Source: an uncultured archaeon (GTDB taxonomy: Archaea > Asgardarchaeota > Thorarchaeia > Thorarchaeales > Thorarchaeaceae). From it: a stretch of DNA of 64,000 nucleotides. Below are positions 61,609-64,000 of this stretch, piece after piece. Position 1 is the first letter of the stretch. Each line of letters begins with the position of its first letter. The stretch spans positions 36,091 to 100,090 of the forward strand of contig CAZSWP010000007.1 of NCBI GenBank assembly GCA_964610875.1. Reading direction: 5' to 3'. The notes below the pieces were generated by a model. The model did no database searches and had not been told where the DNA came from. It saw nothing but the letters and a program-made list of their open reading frames with translations. The translations under genes were made by a program, and so were the position numbers.

Positions 61609-61650
61609 AGGGCTACACTTCAGTAGCCCTCCATCTTCTTCATTTTTTTT
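61609..61650 (+). terminator. hairpin plus T8 tract
   Basis: 8-bp stem AGGGCTAC/GTAGCCCT, then TTTTTTTT. Confidence 0.55.
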
Positions 61651-61857
61651 CTATAGATTCCTTCTTAGAGCACTGCTTGAAGTCCAGTACATTTTTGGAA
61701 GATTATGTGGTTATCTATCCATTCAAAACCTACGCTAGTAATGAGGTGAAATCAGAATATTAGACATTACACATGTGCTCACCTACTCTAAATATAAGAC
61801 GATAGAATCAAATGCCATCGATATTATTGATATCTGTCCATTATAGAGAACATACAT

Positions 61858-63225
61858 TTGGAAGAAGGCACAATGTGGTCAAGATTTTCAGTGTATTCAG
61901 AAAAGCTAAGAGCGTCATACTGGTTTATTCCAGCAATAATGGTCACTGGGTCCATAATCCTCTCTTTTGTTACAATTACAATAGATGAAACATCTCCATT
62001 CAGACTCGAAGATTACTTGGGTTGGATTGATGTTGCTGATGCAGACGGCGCATATGCATTTCTCTCAATTGTTTCAGGTGCAATGATTGGAATAACCGGG
62101 GTAATATTTTCGATAACAATTGTGGCACTTGTTCAAGCATCAAGTCAACTTGGTCCAAGATTACTAAGTAATTTTCTCCGAGACCGAGGAAATCAGGTTG
62201 TATTGGGAACTTTCATTTCAACTTACACTTACTGCCTCTTCATCCTTCGTAGTATCACTAGTACACCAGTGAAAATATTCATCCCAAACTTTTCATTATT
62301 TGTTGCAATATTACTAGCGGTATGCAGTGTCGTAATCCTTGTTTACTTCTTCCATCATGTAACTGTCCTATTGCAAGCAGACCACGTCATTGCAGAAGTA
62401 GGACGTGAACTAGAGCATGCAATTAAACGTCTATTCTCTGAGAGTATCGATTATTCTATCTATGCCAAAGAACTGAGAAGCAAAGAAGATATACCAATTC
62501 TACTGGAGGATGAATCTTCGGTCATCATTGTTTCAGATGTTGGTGGTTATTTACAATCTATAGATGTAGATACACTTGTGTCTATCGGGGAAGAGAACAA
62601 TCTTGTCCTACATACACTCAATAAACCCGGTGATTTCATCACGAAGGAAGGCCCTCTGTTGGAAATTTGGTTAGGAAATTCTGAACTTGATGAAATCTCG
62701 AAAGAAGCAAAAAGGGCATTTATTATTGGGAATCAAAGACTGCGAATTAATGATGTAGAGTTTATAGTGAACCAGCTTGTCGAGATAGCTGTACGAGCTC
62801 TCTCACCTGGTATCAACGATCCCTTCACTGCAATGGCTTGTATTGATCAGCTCGCTTCAGGACTTTCTGATCTTGTTCAGCGTAGTATTCCGTCAGGATA
62901 TCATTATGATAATGAAGGCAAACTCCGACTAGTGACTGAAGCTCTCACATTTTCAGGTATATTGGAAACTTCATTCAATCAAATCCGGCAGCATGCTTAC
63001 TCTGATGTTGCTATTACCATCCGACTTCTTGAAGCAATCATTGCAATAGCACCACATATTCGTACACAGGAGCAGCGAGATACATTATCAAGGCAAGCCC
63101 AAATGCTTCAGCGAGCAAGTGTAGACGGAGTGCCTGAGAAATGGGACCGAGAAGATATAGAAGCTAGTTTTGAATCCGCAATCAAAGTGCTTAAAGCAGA
63201 AAAACCATCCACTAGGCTTATTTAG
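61858..63225 (+). CDS. DUF2254 family membrane protein
   Basis: SYWFIP, ASSQLGPRLL, LGTF, EIAVRALSPGINDPFTA. Confidence 0.9.
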   Translation: MEEGTMWSRFSVYSEKLRASYWFIPAIMVTGSIILSFVTITIDETSPFRLEDYLGWIDVADADGAYAFLSIVSGAMIGITGVIFSITIVALVQASSQLGPRLLSNFLRDRGNQVVLGTFISTYTYCLFILRSITSTPVKIFIPNFSLFVAILLAVCSVVILVYFFHHVTVLLQADHVIAEVGRELEHAIKRLFSESIDYSIYAKELRSKEDIPILLEDESSVIIVSDVGGYLQSIDVDTLVSIGEENNLVLHTLNKPGDFITKEGPLLEIWLGNSELDEISKEAKRAFIIGNQRLRINDVEFIVNQLVEIAVRALSPGINDPFTAMACIDQLASGLSDLVQRSIPSGYHYDNEGKLRLVTEALTFSGILETSFNQIRQHAYSDVAITIRLLEAIIAIAPHIRTQEQRDTLSRQAQMLQRASVDGVPEKWDREDIEASFESAIKVLKAEKPSTRLI

Positions 63226-63321
63226 TGAATTATCTATCAAAGCTTACGGTTGTAATGAGGGAAAATACAATTATTTGACAATACATAAATTGTTGGAAAT
63301 ATAACTTTTGGATGAGAGAGA

Positions 63322-63909
63322 ATGAAGGATCAAGACGATGGCAGCATAGTCATGAAAGCCGTACTCATAGGTGACGGTGCAGTTGGAAAGACTTCGATTC
63401 GCCGGAACTACCTTGGAGATGAATTCATTGAAGGTCACATTGCAACAATTGGAGTAGACCTGGCTACAAAGCGGGTAATATTCGATAAGAAGGTTGTAAA
63501 ATTTATTATTTGGGACTTGGCAGGTCAGCCGTCATTCGCTCAGGTCCGTGGACATTACTACCATGGGTGTAATGGTATCATGCTTGTATACTCTGTTATA
63601 GATAGAGAATCTTTTGATAATGCCTCAAAATGGTTGGTGGAAGCGTACAGGAATATGGGGCCTCTCCCACCTACAATTATTATTGGAAATAAGACCGATC
63701 TTCGAGAAGGGAAACCAAAGGATGAGATTGTCACAACCGAAGAAGGTGAGAACTTCACCAAGCACTTCATAGAGAAGCTCGAAGTTCCTGCAGTATTTGT
63801 TGAAACATCTGCTAAGACCGGGTATAATATTCAAGATGCTTTTACGGAGCTTCTAAAAATGATGCATGAAGCTGAAGAAGAGAAGGAAAGCGATCTCTTC
63901 ATTGGATGA
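63322..63909 (+). CDS. Rab-like small GTPase
   Basis: GDGAVGKT, ATIGVD, WDLAGQ, GNKTD, ETSAK. Confidence 0.94.
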   Translation: MKDQDDGSIVMKAVLIGDGAVGKTSIRRNYLGDEFIEGHIATIGVDLATKRVIFDKKVVKFIIWDLAGQPSFAQVRGHYYHGCNGIMLVYSVIDRESFDNASKWLVEAYRNMGPLPPTIIIGNKTDLREGKPKDEIVTTEEGENFTKHFIEKLEVPAVFVETSAKTGYNIQDAFTELLKMMHEAEEEKESDLFIG

Positions 63910-64000
63910 ACTAGGTTTACAATTCCACTAAATGATTTAACCCATAGCTTTATCAAGATTGAAACAATCATATAACTATAGTTAATAATTTAGAGTAGGG

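Noticed and set aside
1-64000. CRISPR arrays, tRNA, rRNA, integrase or phage genes, and the many short ORFs nested in longer genes
   Set aside because: No regularly spaced repeats, cloverleafs, rRNA motifs or mobile-element proteins were seen by eye (tRNAscan-SE and Infernal were not run); the nested ORFs overlap well-supported genes

Overview
About 64 kb of AT-rich chromosomal DNA, most likely from an Asgard archaeon (Thorarchaeia-like). This is an inference from two Rab-like small GTPases, a TPR protein with a C-terminal longin-like domain, archaeal TATA/leaderless gene starts and a large expansion of HDxxN-type histidine kinases. The window carries about 52 intact genes. These include eight sensor histidine kinases with no canonical response regulator, peptide-scavenging and proteolysis genes (two OppD-type ATPases, M20, M48, HtrA, TldD/TldE, amidohydrolase), a bacterial/eukaryotic class I GAPDH, a thiolase, tandem DUF4139 proteins, transporters and a YcaQ glycosylase. 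Hand reading adds features missing from the ORF track: two rubredoxins, Fpg/Nei and acyl-CoA synthetase remnants, three frameshifted genes and two candidate structured RNAs. The strongest novelty candidates are a CorA-like channel coupled to a class I glutamine amidotransferase, a membrane kinase coupled to a TPR-longin protein, an M48 protease with an EF-hand-like loop, and the kinase set with a possible receiver-like partner. No rRNA, tRNA, CRISPR array or transposase was recognised. All family calls come from motif recognition by eye, not from database searches.
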